Shown here: positions 9,174 to 19,304 of the stretch, piece after piece
Numbering within the stretch: the first letter of the stretch is position 1
Layout: each line of letters begins with the position of its first letter
Origin: a bacterium
Lineage (GTDB): Bacteria > Patescibacteriota > Minisyncoccia > UBA6257 > WO2-44-18
NCBI GenBank assembly: GCA_030646995.1
Contig: JAUSKF010000004.1
Span: 84,404-148,403, forward strand
Direction: 5' to 3'
DNA: 64,000 nucleotides
Position numbers and translations under genes: made by a program
Notes under the pieces: model-generated
What the model saw: only the letters and a program-made list of their open reading frames with translations
Database searches by the model: none
What the model was told of the DNA's origin: nothing

Positions 9174-10160
9174 TTAGAATTGATTTATAAATCTTAAATC
9201 GCCGGAATAAAACATCCGGATATCAGGAATTTTATATTTAATCATCGCCAATCGCTCCAGCCCGAATCCGAAAGCAAAGCCCTGATATTTTTTTGGATCA
9301 AGCTTCACTTTATCCAGAACCGAAGGATGCACCATTCCGGCTCCCATCACCTCCAACCACTTGCCGTTGAATTCCACATCTACCTCCAAACCCGGCTCCA
9401 CGAACGGGAAATAACTAGGCCGGAAGCGGATTTTAGCTTCACGCCCGAAGAATTTTTTAAAGAATTGCTCGATTACATATTTAAAATTCGCCAAATTCAC
9501 ATTTTCACCGATCATTAAGCCTTCTACTTGATGGAAATTGATTTCATGAGAAGCATCGGTCGCCTCAAAACGAAAAACTCTACCCGGCACGATAATTTGA
9601 AAAGGCGGCTGATTCTTTTCCATATAGCGGATCTGCATCGGGCTGGTATGTGTGCGCATCAGCATTTTCCCCAAGTTCTCTTTCTGCCCAAGCCAAAAAG
9701 TGTCCCACATATCGCGCGCGGGATGATTGGCGGGGATATTCAAAGCATCGAAATTATAATATTCAGTTTCCGCCTCCGGTCCTTCCACCACGGAAAAATT
9801 TAAGCCCAAGAAAATTTCTTTAATCTTATTTTCGATCTGTGTGAGCGGATGCAAATGACCCACCGGCATCTTTTTTCCGGGCAAGCTGACATCTACTTTC
9901 GCAATCGTTGGCGCTGATTTTTTCGCCAGCTCCGCCAATTTTTTTTCTAACGCTGATTCAATCTCCATACGCAAAGCGTTGGCAGCAGGGCCAACTTTTT
10001 GTTTCTGGGCAAGTGACAAATCCTTCAAAGATTTCAAAACTCTATTCAACTCGCCATCCTTCCGGCCAAGATATTGAACCTTGAGGTCCTCAAGGCCCTT
10101 AACGTCTTTTACCGCCTTAATATCTTTCGCAAAAGCACTCTTTAGCTTAGATATGTCCAT
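9174..10160 (-). CDS. pheS: phenylalanine--tRNA ligase alpha subunit
   Basis: Class II motifs (FRPSYFPFVEPG, GAGMVHPSVL, FAFGFGLERLAMIKY). Confidence 0.95.
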   Translation of the reverse strand: MDISKLKSAFAKDIKAVKDVKGLEDLKVQYLGRKDGELNRVLKSLKDLSLAQKQKVGPAANALRMEIESALEKKLAELAKKSAPTIAKVDVSLPGKKMPVGHLHPLTQIENKIKEIFLGLNFSVVEGPEAETEYYNFDALNIPANHPARDMWDTFWLGQKENLGKMLMRTHTSPMQIRYMEKNQPPFQIIVPGRVFRFEATDASHEINFHQVEGLMIGENVNLANFKYVIEQFFKKFFGREAKIRFRPSYFPFVEPGLEVDVEFNGKWLEVMGAGMVHPSVLDKVKLDPKKYQGFAFGFGLERLAMIKYKIPDIRMFYSGDLRFINQF

Positions 10161-10261
10161 TGCCTACAATTATAGCAAAAGGGCTCTGTTAAGGCTAATT
10201 TTAACGCTAAATTGCCCTATCTGGCCCTATTTACTATTCACTATTGCCTATTCCCTAACCC

Positions 10262-11248
10262 CTATCTTAAAAACTTAGCGGCGTCGTTGGGGTCAACGGA
10301 ATTTAGCTCAACTCCGGAGCCTTGTTCAAAGGCCGCCCGAATAGAGACCTTCGGATACACCTCAATATGCCAATGGTAGTGGCCATATTTTTTCTTGTCT
10401 TTAATCGGAGCGGTGTGAATGAAAAAATTATAATCCGGATCTTTAAGTTTATGCTCCAGTCTTTTTAGAACTGTCTGCAAAGCCTCAACCACGTAAGCGA
10501 TGTCTTCGTCATAAGAATTTTCAAAATTCGGCAGATGTTTTTTCGGGAAAATACGCACCTCAAACGGCAGACGGGATACGAACGGCGTAAAAGCAATCGC
10601 TCCCTTGTTTTCAAAAACAATTCTTTTTTTATCCTTTGTTTCCCAAGCTATCATTTCGCAATGAACGCATTTTTTATTTTCTTTGTAATATCGGGCAGAT
10701 CCCTGCAGAGAGTGATTTACATCCGGCGGAACAATTGGCATCGCCAACAATTGATAATGCGGGTGATAAACCGAAGCGCCGGCGGTCGGACCCCAATTGT
10801 GGAAAATAAGCGTGTAAGCGATGCAGGGATCGCCGTAGAGCATCAAGTAGCGGTCACGGAATACCTGAAAGACCTGATTGGCATCTTCTTTGGAAAGCTT
10901 CGCGAAATTTTTATGATGATCTCTGGTAATTATCAAATCGTGATGCCCGACTCCCGGCAAAACTGAATATGGGCCGTTCTTAGAAATGGTCCCGCAAACT
11001 TTCTGATGTACTACTGCCGGATATTTATTTTCCAAAACCTGAATCTGCCATTTTTTCCGTTCGGGGTAAGTCAGAATCGGCTCACGATTTCCTCCTGCTT
11101 GCGGATCCTCAAACGGGCACTCTTTAATAGACGCTTTTCTGCGCTTCACTAAACGGATAGCGGATTCATGCGGGCGCTTGGAACGCCCCGGTGCCATAAT
11201 AATCCAGTCACCCGATACCATATCCTGCCTAAGTTCTGATTTTTTCAT
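10262..11248 (-). CDS. galT: galactose-1-phosphate uridylyltransferase family (HIT-like, HxHxQ)
   Basis: CPFEDPQAGGNREP zinc/N-terminal motif, HPHYQ active-site motif, duplicated HIT-like halves. Confidence 0.75.
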   Translation of the reverse strand: MKKSELRQDMVSGDWIIMAPGRSKRPHESAIRLVKRRKASIKECPFEDPQAGGNREPILTYPERKKWQIQVLENKYPAVVHQKVCGTISKNGPYSVLPGVGHHDLIITRDHHKNFAKLSKEDANQVFQVFRDRYLMLYGDPCIAYTLIFHNWGPTAGASVYHPHYQLLAMPIVPPDVNHSLQGSARYYKENKKCVHCEMIAWETKDKKRIVFENKGAIAFTPFVSRLPFEVRIFPKKHLPNFENSYDEDIAYVVEALQTVLKRLEHKLKDPDYNFFIHTAPIKDKKKYGHYHWHIEVYPKVSIRAAFEQGSGVELNSVDPNDAAKFLR

Positions 11249-13053
11249 TAGAGTGAAGATTTTCCGTTACTAATTCTATTGTCATAATACCATTGCATTA
11301 CATCACGCGCGACAGGAACGGCGTTCAAACTCCCCTCTCTGGAGTTTTCTATCAGAACCAGTACAGCAATCTCGGAATTTTCCGCCGGCGCATAACCTAC
11401 AAAGAAAGCATTAGTGCGGGTATTATTGGCAACCTGAGAACTTCCGGTTTTACCGGCGGACTTCATCGGCAGATAAACCAACATGTTCGCCGTGCCATAT
11501 GGCTTGCTTACTGCATCTTCCATTCCCTGCCGGACTTCCTTCAACTCCGACGCCCAGTCGGAGTAATCAAACAAAACTTCGGGGTCATTCTGCTTATTTA
11601 CCAGATGCGGGCGGAAAATTTTACCGTTATTGGCGATGGAGGAAATGAAATTAATTAATTGAAGCGGGGTCAGCTGAAGGTCGCCCTGCCCGATACTCAC
11701 GTTGTAGGTGTCACCGATGCGCCAGATTTGACCGGTGCGTTTCTCTTTTTCTTCCGGCTCGGGCAAAAATCCGCTACTCTCCGACAAAAGATCTATTCCG
11801 GTTTTTTGCCCCAATAAAAACTTCTCCCAATAACCACGCAATCTTTCTATTCCTAAGCCCTTGAATCCCTGAAATCCACCCCCTAATTCATAAAAATAAA
11901 CGTTGCTTGAGCGCGCCAACGCCGAACGCAAATCAACCCAACCATGAGCTTTCCAATCCAAAAATCTACTTGGATTTTCCGGAACATAGGGATTAGGAAT
12001 CTCAATTGATCCTGTAGATAAAATCTGAAAATCCGGCTCCACGATTTTCTCATGTAAAGCAGCTAGGGCAACTAAAGGTTTGATTGTAGAGCCCGGAGTA
12101 TAAGTGCCCGAAACGGCACGGTTAAATAATGGCTGACTGCGGCCAACAAGATACTTAGAAACGTTATTGTTATCGAAGCTCGGCAGGCTAACCATTGCCA
12201 GCACTTCACCACTCTGCGGGTCTAGGGCTATTCCCACCCCCGCTTCCCGGCCCAAGCCCGCCAGAGCAGATTTCATTCGATCATAGAAAAATTTCTGCAG
12301 CTGACTATCTAAAGTCACCACAAGATCTCCACCGGCTCGCGGAGCCTCTGCGACTTTTCTATCCAAAGTTTTCCCCAACGCATCGCGATAAATAAACATT
12401 TTTCCATCAATACCACGTAAAATTGAATCGTAATAAGCCTCTATGCCATCTTTCCCGACGAGATCCTTGGAAGAATCCGACTCGCCGACATATCCCAGCG
12501 TGTGACTATAAACCGGACCGTCAATATATTCGCGGACATAGTCGGAAGTAATTTCAATTTCCGGAAAATTTAGACTATTTAAAGAAATGGTTTGAGAGCG
12601 GCTAATGTTGCGCGCAAGAGGAATAAAATTTCTTTTTTCCAAATTAGCTTTACGCACAAACTCCTCCAACTCTTCCGAATCGGAGCCAAGCACGTGAGCA
12701 ATCTCCCCAATCATCGCCGACCAGTCTTCGTTCTTCTTTAAAAGATCAGCGACATTCAAAAAGGCGCTGAAGGAATTTTTATTTTCTACCAACGGATTAC
12801 CAAAGCGATCTTTGATGATACCTCGTGGCGCCGGCAATTCCACTTCCCTGTGCAAATTCACCAAAGCGCGCTCCTGATAAAATGAACCGCGCGCGACATT
12901 AAGATAGGCTGAGCGGCCAAAAGCAATCAAAGCGAGGGCAACTACTACTGCGCCCACCAATAAAAAAGTCCGCCGAGAAAGCGGCCGCTCCAGATAATCC
13001 GACTCTTGTTGCTCTTCATTGAACAACAAATCTTCTACGTTCAACTCCTTCAT
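11248..13053 (-). CDS. mrdA: penicillin-binding protein 2 (elongasome transpeptidase)
   Basis: STIKP (SxxK), SSN (SxN), KTGS (KTG) transpeptidase motifs; single N-terminal TM; lies upstream of mreDCB. Confidence 0.85.
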   Translation of the reverse strand: MKELNVEDLLFNEEQQESDYLERPLSRRTFLLVGAVVVALALIAFGRSAYLNVARGSFYQERALVNLHREVELPAPRGIIKDRFGNPLVENKNSFSAFLNVADLLKKNEDWSAMIGEIAHVLGSDSEELEEFVRKANLEKRNFIPLARNISRSQTISLNSLNFPEIEITSDYVREYIDGPVYSHTLGYVGESDSSKDLVGKDGIEAYYDSILRGIDGKMFIYRDALGKTLDRKVAEAPRAGGDLVVTLDSQLQKFFYDRMKSALAGLGREAGVGIALDPQSGEVLAMVSLPSFDNNNVSKYLVGRSQPLFNRAVSGTYTPGSTIKPLVALAALHEKIVEPDFQILSTGSIEIPNPYVPENPSRFLDWKAHGWVDLRSALARSSNVYFYELGGGFQGFKGLGIERLRGYWEKFLLGQKTGIDLLSESSGFLPEPEEKEKRTGQIWRIGDTYNVSIGQGDLQLTPLQLINFISSIANNGKIFRPHLVNKQNDPEVLFDYSDWASELKEVRQGMEDAVSKPYGTANMLVYLPMKSAGKTGSSQVANNTRTNAFFVGYAPAENSEIAVLVLIENSREGSLNAVPVARDVMQWYYDNRISNGKSSL

Positions 13054-13517
13054 CTTTTGAATATATTCTCTTCATTATCGCCTAATTGCCGTAAAAGGTC
13101 ATAAAACAATAAACTAAAAATTGAGGTGTAGAAAATCTCCATCCCCACCGCCAAGGGAGCGCCAATAAGATATCCGAAGTCTGCAATTAAATAAAAAATT
13201 ATAATCGCAGAAGCTGCCAAAGCCAGATTATTTACTGATTGACGCCAAGGCAAAACTCGGCCAATAAAATAGAAGATGGCCAGCAGAAAAACCCAGATTA
13301 ACAAGTCCAACTGAAAACCGGACTCAAAGCGTAGAAACAAAATAGATTCAACCACTAAAAAAATAAAAACGGGAAAAGAAGTTACGAAAAATGAAGCGGC
13401 CACCAAAACCGCAAGTAAAAGATTGGGCTTGATTCCGAGAACGGAAAAAAGGCCGGTGTTTTGCAGTAGCCCGGCCAACGGAACCAAGGTAGCGGCCAGA
13501 ATAGTTCTTTTAATCAT
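13050..13517 (-). CDS. mreD: rod shape-determining protein MreD (polytopic membrane protein)
   Basis: 155 aa, ~5 TM helices, positioned between mreC and PBP2. Confidence 0.6.
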   Translation of the reverse strand: MIKRTILAATLVPLAGLLQNTGLFSVLGIKPNLLLAVLVAASFFVTSFPVFIFLVVESILFLRFESGFQLDLLIWVFLLAIFYFIGRVLPWRQSVNNLALAASAIIIFYLIADFGYLIGAPLAVGMEIFYTSIFSLLFYDLLRQLGDNEENIFKR

Positions 13518-14119
13518 TTCAACAAAACCACCACACTCCTCAAATCTTTAGAGTTATAAGGGAAAATCAATCCCGCCTCTTTGAAAGAATGGGCGACTAA
13601 ATTATTAACCTCCGCCACTTCTCCCACTTTTAATCCGTAAGGTAAATCCTTTTTTGCTGATATAACCTGATCACCAATATTTATCTCCTGATCTTTATCA
13701 ATCAAGGTCAGTTTTGGATCTTGGCCGCCAACCAAGAGAGCATCATGCTCCATAACTCCAATTCTCACAGGTAAAGACCAATCTTTATCAAAGATAGTCC
13801 GCACCAAAGACTGATCTTCTGAAACTTCAATGATCTGGCCAATTAAAATATTCCCCTCCAGCGTGACGGGCATACCAACCCTGACTCCGTGAGTTGCTCC
13901 CGCATTGATGGCAATTAAATGTTTATAGTTCAACGGAAAAGAGGAATAAACCAATGCGGAAAGCCCAATTCGCTTACCCTGCTGAACCAGCTCCGGTTGA
14001 GACAGAGGACGCAGTCCCACCAAAGAAGCTAGGTTATTTTTAAATCCTGTAAAAAAATTATTTACCAGGAAAAATGCCGCAATACCAATGAGTATTAAGG
14101 CGGAAATAAACCTGCTCAT
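13514..14119 (-). CDS. mreC: rod shape-determining protein MreC
   Basis: N-terminal TM, then beta-rich periplasmic domain; synteny mreB-mreC-mreD. Confidence 0.7.
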   Translation of the reverse strand: MSRFISALILIGIAAFFLVNNFFTGFKNNLASLVGLRPLSQPELVQQGKRIGLSALVYSSFPLNYKHLIAINAGATHGVRVGMPVTLEGNILIGQIIEVSEDQSLVRTIFDKDWSLPVRIGVMEHDALLVGGQDPKLTLIDKDQEINIGDQVISAKKDLPYGLKVGEVAEVNNLVAHSFKEAGLIFPYNSKDLRSVVVLLK

Positions 14120-14122
14120 AAA

Positions 14123-15172
14123 CTAAATTTTTATATCTCTCGGCCGAAGAGGGTTATCTATGATTTGCTGATACTTGGCTAAATTCTCTACAGCTACACC
14201 GGTGCCGCGCGCCACGCAGGTAAGCGGATCGTCCACGATATTTGCCGCCACGCCCAACTCGCGGGCGATCAAAGCATCCATTCCTCGCAGTAAACTTCCA
14301 CCACCGCAAAGATAAACTCCTTTCTTTAAAATGTCGCCGGCCAATTCCGGAGGCGCCAACTCGATGACTTCTTTAACCGCTTCAAGCATCGATTTCAAAG
14401 ATTTCACGATCGCCGCGCGCACGTGAGTCTCCCGCACGATCGCCTCTCTAGGCAAACCGCTGGCCAAATCTCGGCCCCGCACCGCCATTTCCATCTTGTC
14501 GCTCTGCGGAATAGCCGAACCGATGTTGATCTTTAGCTCCTCGGCAGTCGGCTCACCAATGGCCAATTTAAATTCATCGCGCACGAAACGCATAATATCG
14601 TCGTTTAATTTATCACCGGCTACTTTCAAACTCTTGGCGATCACTGATCCACCCATAGAAATAATAGCGACTTCGGTCGTGCCGCCACCGATATCAATGA
14701 TCATATTCGCAGTCGGCTCATCGATCGGCAGGCGCGCACCCAAAGCGGCGGCGATCGGCTCTTCAATTACATAAGCGCGGGAAACTCCGGCGCCCACGAC
14801 GGCGTCTTCTACGGATTTTCTTTCTACTTCAGTTAAATTGCTCGGCACGCCGATGACGGCTTTTTGGAAGCTGTAAAAAATACTGGTGCCGCCTAAGCGC
14901 TTCAAGAAATGGCGGAGCATTTCCTGCGTCATTTCAAAATCAGAGATAACTCCATTGACCAGCGGGCGAATTACATTGATGTGCGCCGGAGTGCGGCCGA
15001 TCATTTTGCGCGCTTCGTCGCCGATAGCGAGGATCTGATTAGTTTTCGCGTTGACTGCGGTGATCGAAGGCTCGTTGATCACGATTCCCCGCCCCGCGAG
15101 ATAAACTAGCGAGTTCGCCGTGCCTAGATCGATACCGACATTTTTAGAAAAAAAGGCCAATGGGGATTTCAT
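14123..15172 (-). CDS. mreB: rod shape-determining protein MreB (actin homologue)
   Basis: GIDLGTANSLVY phosphate-1 motif, DIGGGTTEVAI phosphate-2. Confidence 0.95.
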   Translation of the reverse strand: MKSPLAFFSKNVGIDLGTANSLVYLAGRGIVINEPSITAVNAKTNQILAIGDEARKMIGRTPAHINVIRPLVNGVISDFEMTQEMLRHFLKRLGGTSIFYSFQKAVIGVPSNLTEVERKSVEDAVVGAGVSRAYVIEEPIAAALGARLPIDEPTANMIIDIGGGTTEVAIISMGGSVIAKSLKVAGDKLNDDIMRFVRDEFKLAIGEPTAEELKINIGSAIPQSDKMEMAVRGRDLASGLPREAIVRETHVRAAIVKSLKSMLEAVKEVIELAPPELAGDILKKGVYLCGGGSLLRGMDALIARELGVAANIVDDPLTCVARGTGVAVENLAKYQQIIDNPLRPRDIKI

Positions 15173-15470
15173 TGCTTAAATAAAGTACCTACATTTTAAT
15201 TCACTGGAAAAAATTTGTCTAGGAAAGTTTCTAGCTTTTGGTACCCTCAGGAAATTGCTTCTCAGAGATGGTGTAGTCCCGCTCCAGCGGCGGGACTCAC
15301 CTCGTGTCTCGCTCCGCCACTTCCGATTACGGAAGAACCGAGCTGGCGAAGCTCCGACACGCTCCTCGAACCAATATGCCTTCGACCAAAAGCTCGCAAC
15401 AGCAACCACTACCCCGCGGGGTAGTAGGAAGAAAAAAACCGCCACATCTTTCGACGTAGCGGCTTCACGA

Positions 15471-15833
15471 TTAAGAACTCACCTCCCCGAGTAACACCCA
15501 CTGATGCTCCCACTCCATCACCGTTTTGCCGGAACGGCTGATATGCGCAGGATAGTAGCGGATCTGATAACGTTTCCGGTTGTGCTTGATGACGCTACGC
15601 GACTTGGCGTTGGGATGAAGAGCGTCAATCTCCAGCTGAAGCTTCTCTTCCTCCGTACGCTCGATTGCCCCACTCTTCTTCAAGTCTTCCTCGATCCAAC
15701 GAAGCTGGTTGGCGGCATTATGGATTAGAGACGAGTACTTGTTGGGATTGTTACTCGAATCGTTGGCAGACCATTCATTACAACGACGCAGTTCCTCATA
15801 CGCCCTCGCCAAATCGTCGAAGGTATAAGGCAT
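15471..15833 (-). CDS. hypothetical protein (120 aa)
   Basis: GGAGG RBS 6 nt before ATG; strong sigma70-like promoter upstream. Confidence 0.5.
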   Translation of the reverse strand: MPYTFDDLARAYEELRRCNEWSANDSSNNPNKYSSLIHNAANQLRWIEEDLKKSGAIERTEEEKLQLEIDALHPNAKSRSVIKHNRKRYQIRYYPAHISRSGKTVMEWEHQWVLLGEVSS

Positions 15834-15866
15834 GGGAGGCCTCCAAAGAGTTTCTAGGTTGTTTTG

Positions 15867-15896
15867 AATCTACGCACAATATAGCACAAATGTGCC
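15867..15896 (-). promoter_or_regulatory. sigma70-like promoter (TTGACA-18-TATATT on minus strand)
   Basis: Read on the minus strand: TTGACAaaataggcacatttgtgcTATATT, ~35 nt upstream of the ATG at 15833. Confidence 0.4.
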
Positions 15897-15973
15897 TATT
15901 TTGTCAATAGCTCGTAAGCCGGATTCAACCTTCAAGTGCAACACCCAATGCTTCTAGCCGCCTTCCGTAATCA

Positions 15974-17209
15974 CTAAACTCTAGTCGCTGTTTTAATAAG
16001 CTCCTTAATGCCAACTAACTTCACCTTATCCGAGTCACGGCGTTTGAGTTCGATCTTATCTCCGGTTTTCGGGCTGACCACGGCGCGCCAAGTGATACCC
16101 AAAAGATCGGCATCAGCAAATTTTGCGCCAGCGGAAGTATCACGATCGTCGTAGAGCACTTCTACTCCGGCTTTCACCAGTTGCTTGTAGATCGCGTCAG
16201 CGGATTTATTGATGCCAAGCAAATGAATCTTGAATGGCGAGACAGCTTCCGGCCAGATAATGCCATTGGCGTCGTTGTAGACTTCTACAATCGTGCCCAT
16301 TACGCGAGTCGGGCCAATTCCATAAGAACCCATTATCACCGGCGACTGCTCCCCTTTTTCATTGGTGAACTTCAAACCAAAGGCTTCCGAAAAGCGAGTC
16401 CCCAAACGGAATACGTTGCCAACTTCAATCGCCTTTTCTTCTTTCACTTCCGCGTTGCACTTCGGGCAAAGATTTCCGCCACGCACTAAAGCAATTTCTT
16501 TGTTCTGCGCGAAATCACACTTGGTGCAATAAACGATTGTGTCCTCACCCACAGGAGTCGGCACCTGAAATTCGTGAGTGTAGTCTTTGGTAAAAGCGCC
16601 ACCGGAAGCTTCGGTTAATTTCGCTTTCAACCCAACCCGTTTGAAAATTTTGTGATAAGCCTTAATTACTTTTTCGTAATAAACATTCAGATCTTCCACG
16701 GAAGTATGGAAGCTGTATAAATCTTTCATAGAAAACTCGCGGCCTCGAAGAATACCGCTCTTTGCCCGAGCTTCGGCCCGGAACTTCGTCTGAATCTGAT
16801 AAGCCGAAAACGGCAAGTCTTTGTAAGAGTTAATGAAATGGGTAGCAATGGAAGTAATTACTTCTTCGTGTGTCCAACCCAAACCAATATCTTCGCCAAA
16901 TGGAGATTTGAATTCATAGGCCACGTCGGTGTGCCAACGCTTGGATTTTTCCCAATATTCTTTCGCCACCAAGGCCTGCATCAGCATTTCCTGCCCGCCG
17001 ATGGCGTTCATCTCTTCTCGAATTATCTGATTGATTTTATTTAAAACCCGATAACCCAATGGCAAATAAGAATAAACACCGGCAGACATCTTGCGCACAA
17101 ATCCGCCACGCGTAAGCAGTTTAGCGTTGACCGCCTCTTCTTCTTTCGGAGCAGTTTTAGAAGTTTTCGTGAAAAGCTCGGATTGCTTCATTAAGTAGAA
17201 ATCTAACAA
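15974..17209 (-). CDS. proS: proline--tRNA ligase (short bacterial/archaeal-like form)
   Basis: Class II motifs (FRAEARAKSGILRGREFSMKD, GSYGIGPTR), C-terminal anticodon-binding domain. Confidence 0.9.
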   Translation of the reverse strand: MLDFYLMKQSELFTKTSKTAPKEEEAVNAKLLTRGGFVRKMSAGVYSYLPLGYRVLNKINQIIREEMNAIGGQEMLMQALVAKEYWEKSKRWHTDVAYEFKSPFGEDIGLGWTHEEVITSIATHFINSYKDLPFSAYQIQTKFRAEARAKSGILRGREFSMKDLYSFHTSVEDLNVYYEKVIKAYHKIFKRVGLKAKLTEASGGAFTKDYTHEFQVPTPVGEDTIVYCTKCDFAQNKEIALVRGGNLCPKCNAEVKEEKAIEVGNVFRLGTRFSEAFGLKFTNEKGEQSPVIMGSYGIGPTRVMGTIVEVYNDANGIIWPEAVSPFKIHLLGINKSADAIYKQLVKAGVEVLYDDRDTSAGAKFADADLLGITWRAVVSPKTGDKIELKRRDSDKVKLVGIKELIKTATRV

Positions 17210-17240
17210 AAAAGCGGCCTTTAATAAAGGCCGCTGGGAT

Positions 17241-18266
17241 TTACTTACCTGCTTTCTCTTCTTTTTCTTTTTCGGCTTCCTTCTTCAAAAAATCTTCGTG
17301 AAACTCGTAGCGGTAAACGTACTTCCTTATTATAGAGAAGGATTCGGTGCCGTCTTGCGAGAAGTCCAAGCTCCAATCTTCCTCTGATTTACGAGGATAA
17401 TTGATATTGTACGCAATCTCGCTTTCCTGGCTCAACAACTCGATTCCATGAAGCTTGGAGTAGGCGCGTTCGATTTCGGAGCGTCCAATAGGAGTGCGGT
17501 AAAGATACTTGCCATCCACGATTTCGTTCGAGAAGATGGTTCCCTTTACCTTATCTCCTCGTTCGTCGTACTCCTCTTTATGGCAAATTGCTCCTCGACA
17601 ATCATAGTCGTAGCGGATCTCGAGAGAGTTATCTTCGCGATAAATCCGAAAATCTTCATAGTGAGTAACATCGTCTTTCTTATCCCACTTATAGGAATCC
17701 TGATAGATCGAAAGCAGCTTTCCGTTTCCGTGAGTCGGATTACGCTGACCGGGCTGGCTCCAGTTTGCGTATTTGTAAGTAAGCCTCCGAACTCCCCAAC
17801 GATCAAAGGCCTCCATCGATATCGGCAGACCTTTTTCGTTGAACTGCCACGTCTCTTCGGGGTCACTCCTTAAATCTCCCTCAAGCTCACATCGCCAAAA
17901 AATCACAGTAAAAGCGCCATCGCCACGGTATTTATACTCCCAGAACTTTTCACGAACCCCGTTCAGTAGGTAGGTTTTCTCTAAAATCCTACCCCTCTCA
18001 TCTAGTTTGTAGGAAAACAATTCCATAATGTTCGGACAGCATCCTTCCCTGTTGACATATTCCGTCTCGATAGAAATCAATCGCTGATTTTCATCAAAAG
18101 CAAAAATTTCCTTCTTGTATATTGGAGGCGCGGCCTCTTTGCTAACATGGGAAAAATAAAAATCTCTGTGAATCTTCTTCGCGCCTTTCGGGGCAGTGAC
18201 TATTTCCGGAGGTTCGGCAAAAGCGGAAATGCCAAAAAAAATCACGAACAGGAAGCTGAATTTCAT
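17241..18266 (-). CDS. secreted YD-repeat-like protein, paralogue 1
   Basis: Signal peptide MKFSFLFVIFFGISAFA|EP after trimming to the internal ATG; repeated Y-x-Y-D/N-x-x-G-K/R motifs. Confidence 0.6.
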   Translation of the reverse strand: MKFSFLFVIFFGISAFAEPPEIVTAPKGAKKIHRDFYFSHVSKEAAPPIYKKEIFAFDENQRLISIETEYVNREGCCPNIMELFSYKLDERGRILEKTYLLNGVREKFWEYKYRGDGAFTVIFWRCELEGDLRSDPEETWQFNEKGLPISMEAFDRWGVRRLTYKYANWSQPGQRNPTHGNGKLLSIYQDSYKWDKKDDVTHYEDFRIYREDNSLEIRYDYDCRGAICHKEEYDERGDKVKGTIFSNEIVDGKYLYRTPIGRSEIERAYSKLHGIELLSQESEIAYNINYPRKSEEDWSLDFSQDGTESFSIIRKYVYRYEFHEDFLKKEAEKEKEEKAGK

Positions 18267-18386
18267 GACTTTTCCTTTCAAAGAATCCCTCACATAATTT
18301 ATGTAAGGGACAAGTCTGGGGAGATTATACCAGAAAACTACCCAAAAGAAAAGCCCCACGTTCTCTAGAGACCGTGGGGCTTAAAA

Positions 18387-19214
18387 TTATTTCTTCAAAA
18401 AGTACTGGAGCTTGGCGCGCAAAGTGCCACCCTTAACCCATTGCCCGTTCTTCATCGCATAGGAAGTAGAAACATCTTCCGTCTTCCTTTCGCCCAATAT
18501 GGCCAGATCCGCATAAGTCGTCGAGTAAACACTCTTGCTTACGGGATTCTTACCGACTTCATCATAGCGAACAGACTCTTTCTTGTCGCCACGGTCATTG
18601 TAGCTGGTGGTTTCACGGAGAACATCGCCACTGTAGACTTCTTTCTTCTCCAGCTTGCCGGCATCGGTATATTCATAAACCTCCCAAGAAATCGGCTTAG
18701 TGGCGCCGTCAGGAGTTTCCTCCATCTTCACAAGTTTGCCGTCCTTATTATAGGAAAATTTCTTGACGGTCTTGTATCCTTCCAATTTCAATTCCACCGT
18801 AAGAAGATTTCCTTTGTCGTTCCACTTTTCGACATAAATTGAATCTTCAGAGCGCTCCCCTTCGTCGTCATAAGAATAACCATTCAACTCCCAGCTACCA
18901 TCTTCGTTGTAGGTGTAAACCCAGACGCGCCCCAACTTTCCATCAACATAATCGGTGCGCTCCGCAATCTTTCCATCAGCGCCATACTTATGAGTGTACT
19001 TAAAATCGAGAGCAAATATTCCGCTGGTAACCACGCCGACCAAATCACCTTCCTCGTAAGACCGCACGGCATGAATCAACGACTGCGAATCACCTCCGGA
19101 ACTTTCAAGAAAAATTTCAACTTCAACATTCTTGAGATTCGGATTTTCCTTGGCAAAAGTGGTGTCCTGAGCAAATACGGGAGCGGAAATAAGTAGCAGA
19201 GCAAAAAGCTTCAT
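18387..19214 (-). CDS. secreted YD-repeat-like protein, paralogue 2
   Basis: Signal peptide MKLFALLLISAPVFA|QD; repeats SYNKDGKL, YEYTDAGKL, SYNDRGDK, RYDEVGK. Confidence 0.65.
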   Translation of the reverse strand: MKLFALLLISAPVFAQDTTFAKENPNLKNVEVEIFLESSGGDSQSLIHAVRSYEEGDLVGVVTSGIFALDFKYTHKYGADGKIAERTDYVDGKLGRVWVYTYNEDGSWELNGYSYDDEGERSEDSIYVEKWNDKGNLLTVELKLEGYKTVKKFSYNKDGKLVKMEETPDGATKPISWEVYEYTDAGKLEKKEVYSGDVLRETTSYNDRGDKKESVRYDEVGKNPVSKSVYSTTYADLAILGERKTEDVSTSYAMKNGQWVKGGTLRAKLQYFLKK

Positions 19215-19304
19215 GACTCTCCTCCTCTTCTTTTAATTAACTAAGAATAATTTTATATAAAAAAATCCCGCCTTACAAGGCGGGCATTCAAAATTTACTG
19301 ATGG

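Noticed and set aside
10161-10261. Short direct repeats ccctat / cactattgcc in the pheS-galT spacer, resembling the MITE-like terminal inverted repeat and a motif at 63479
   Set aside because: Matches are only 8-10 nt and not arranged as an inverted pair; possibly a degenerate solo terminal inverted repeat, but too weak to call.
15176-15494. Three overlapping ORFs (89, 69, 79 aa) upstream of mreB
   Set aside because: Mutually overlapping on both strands, Arg/Ser-rich, no RBS; the region is better explained as structured non-coding DNA.
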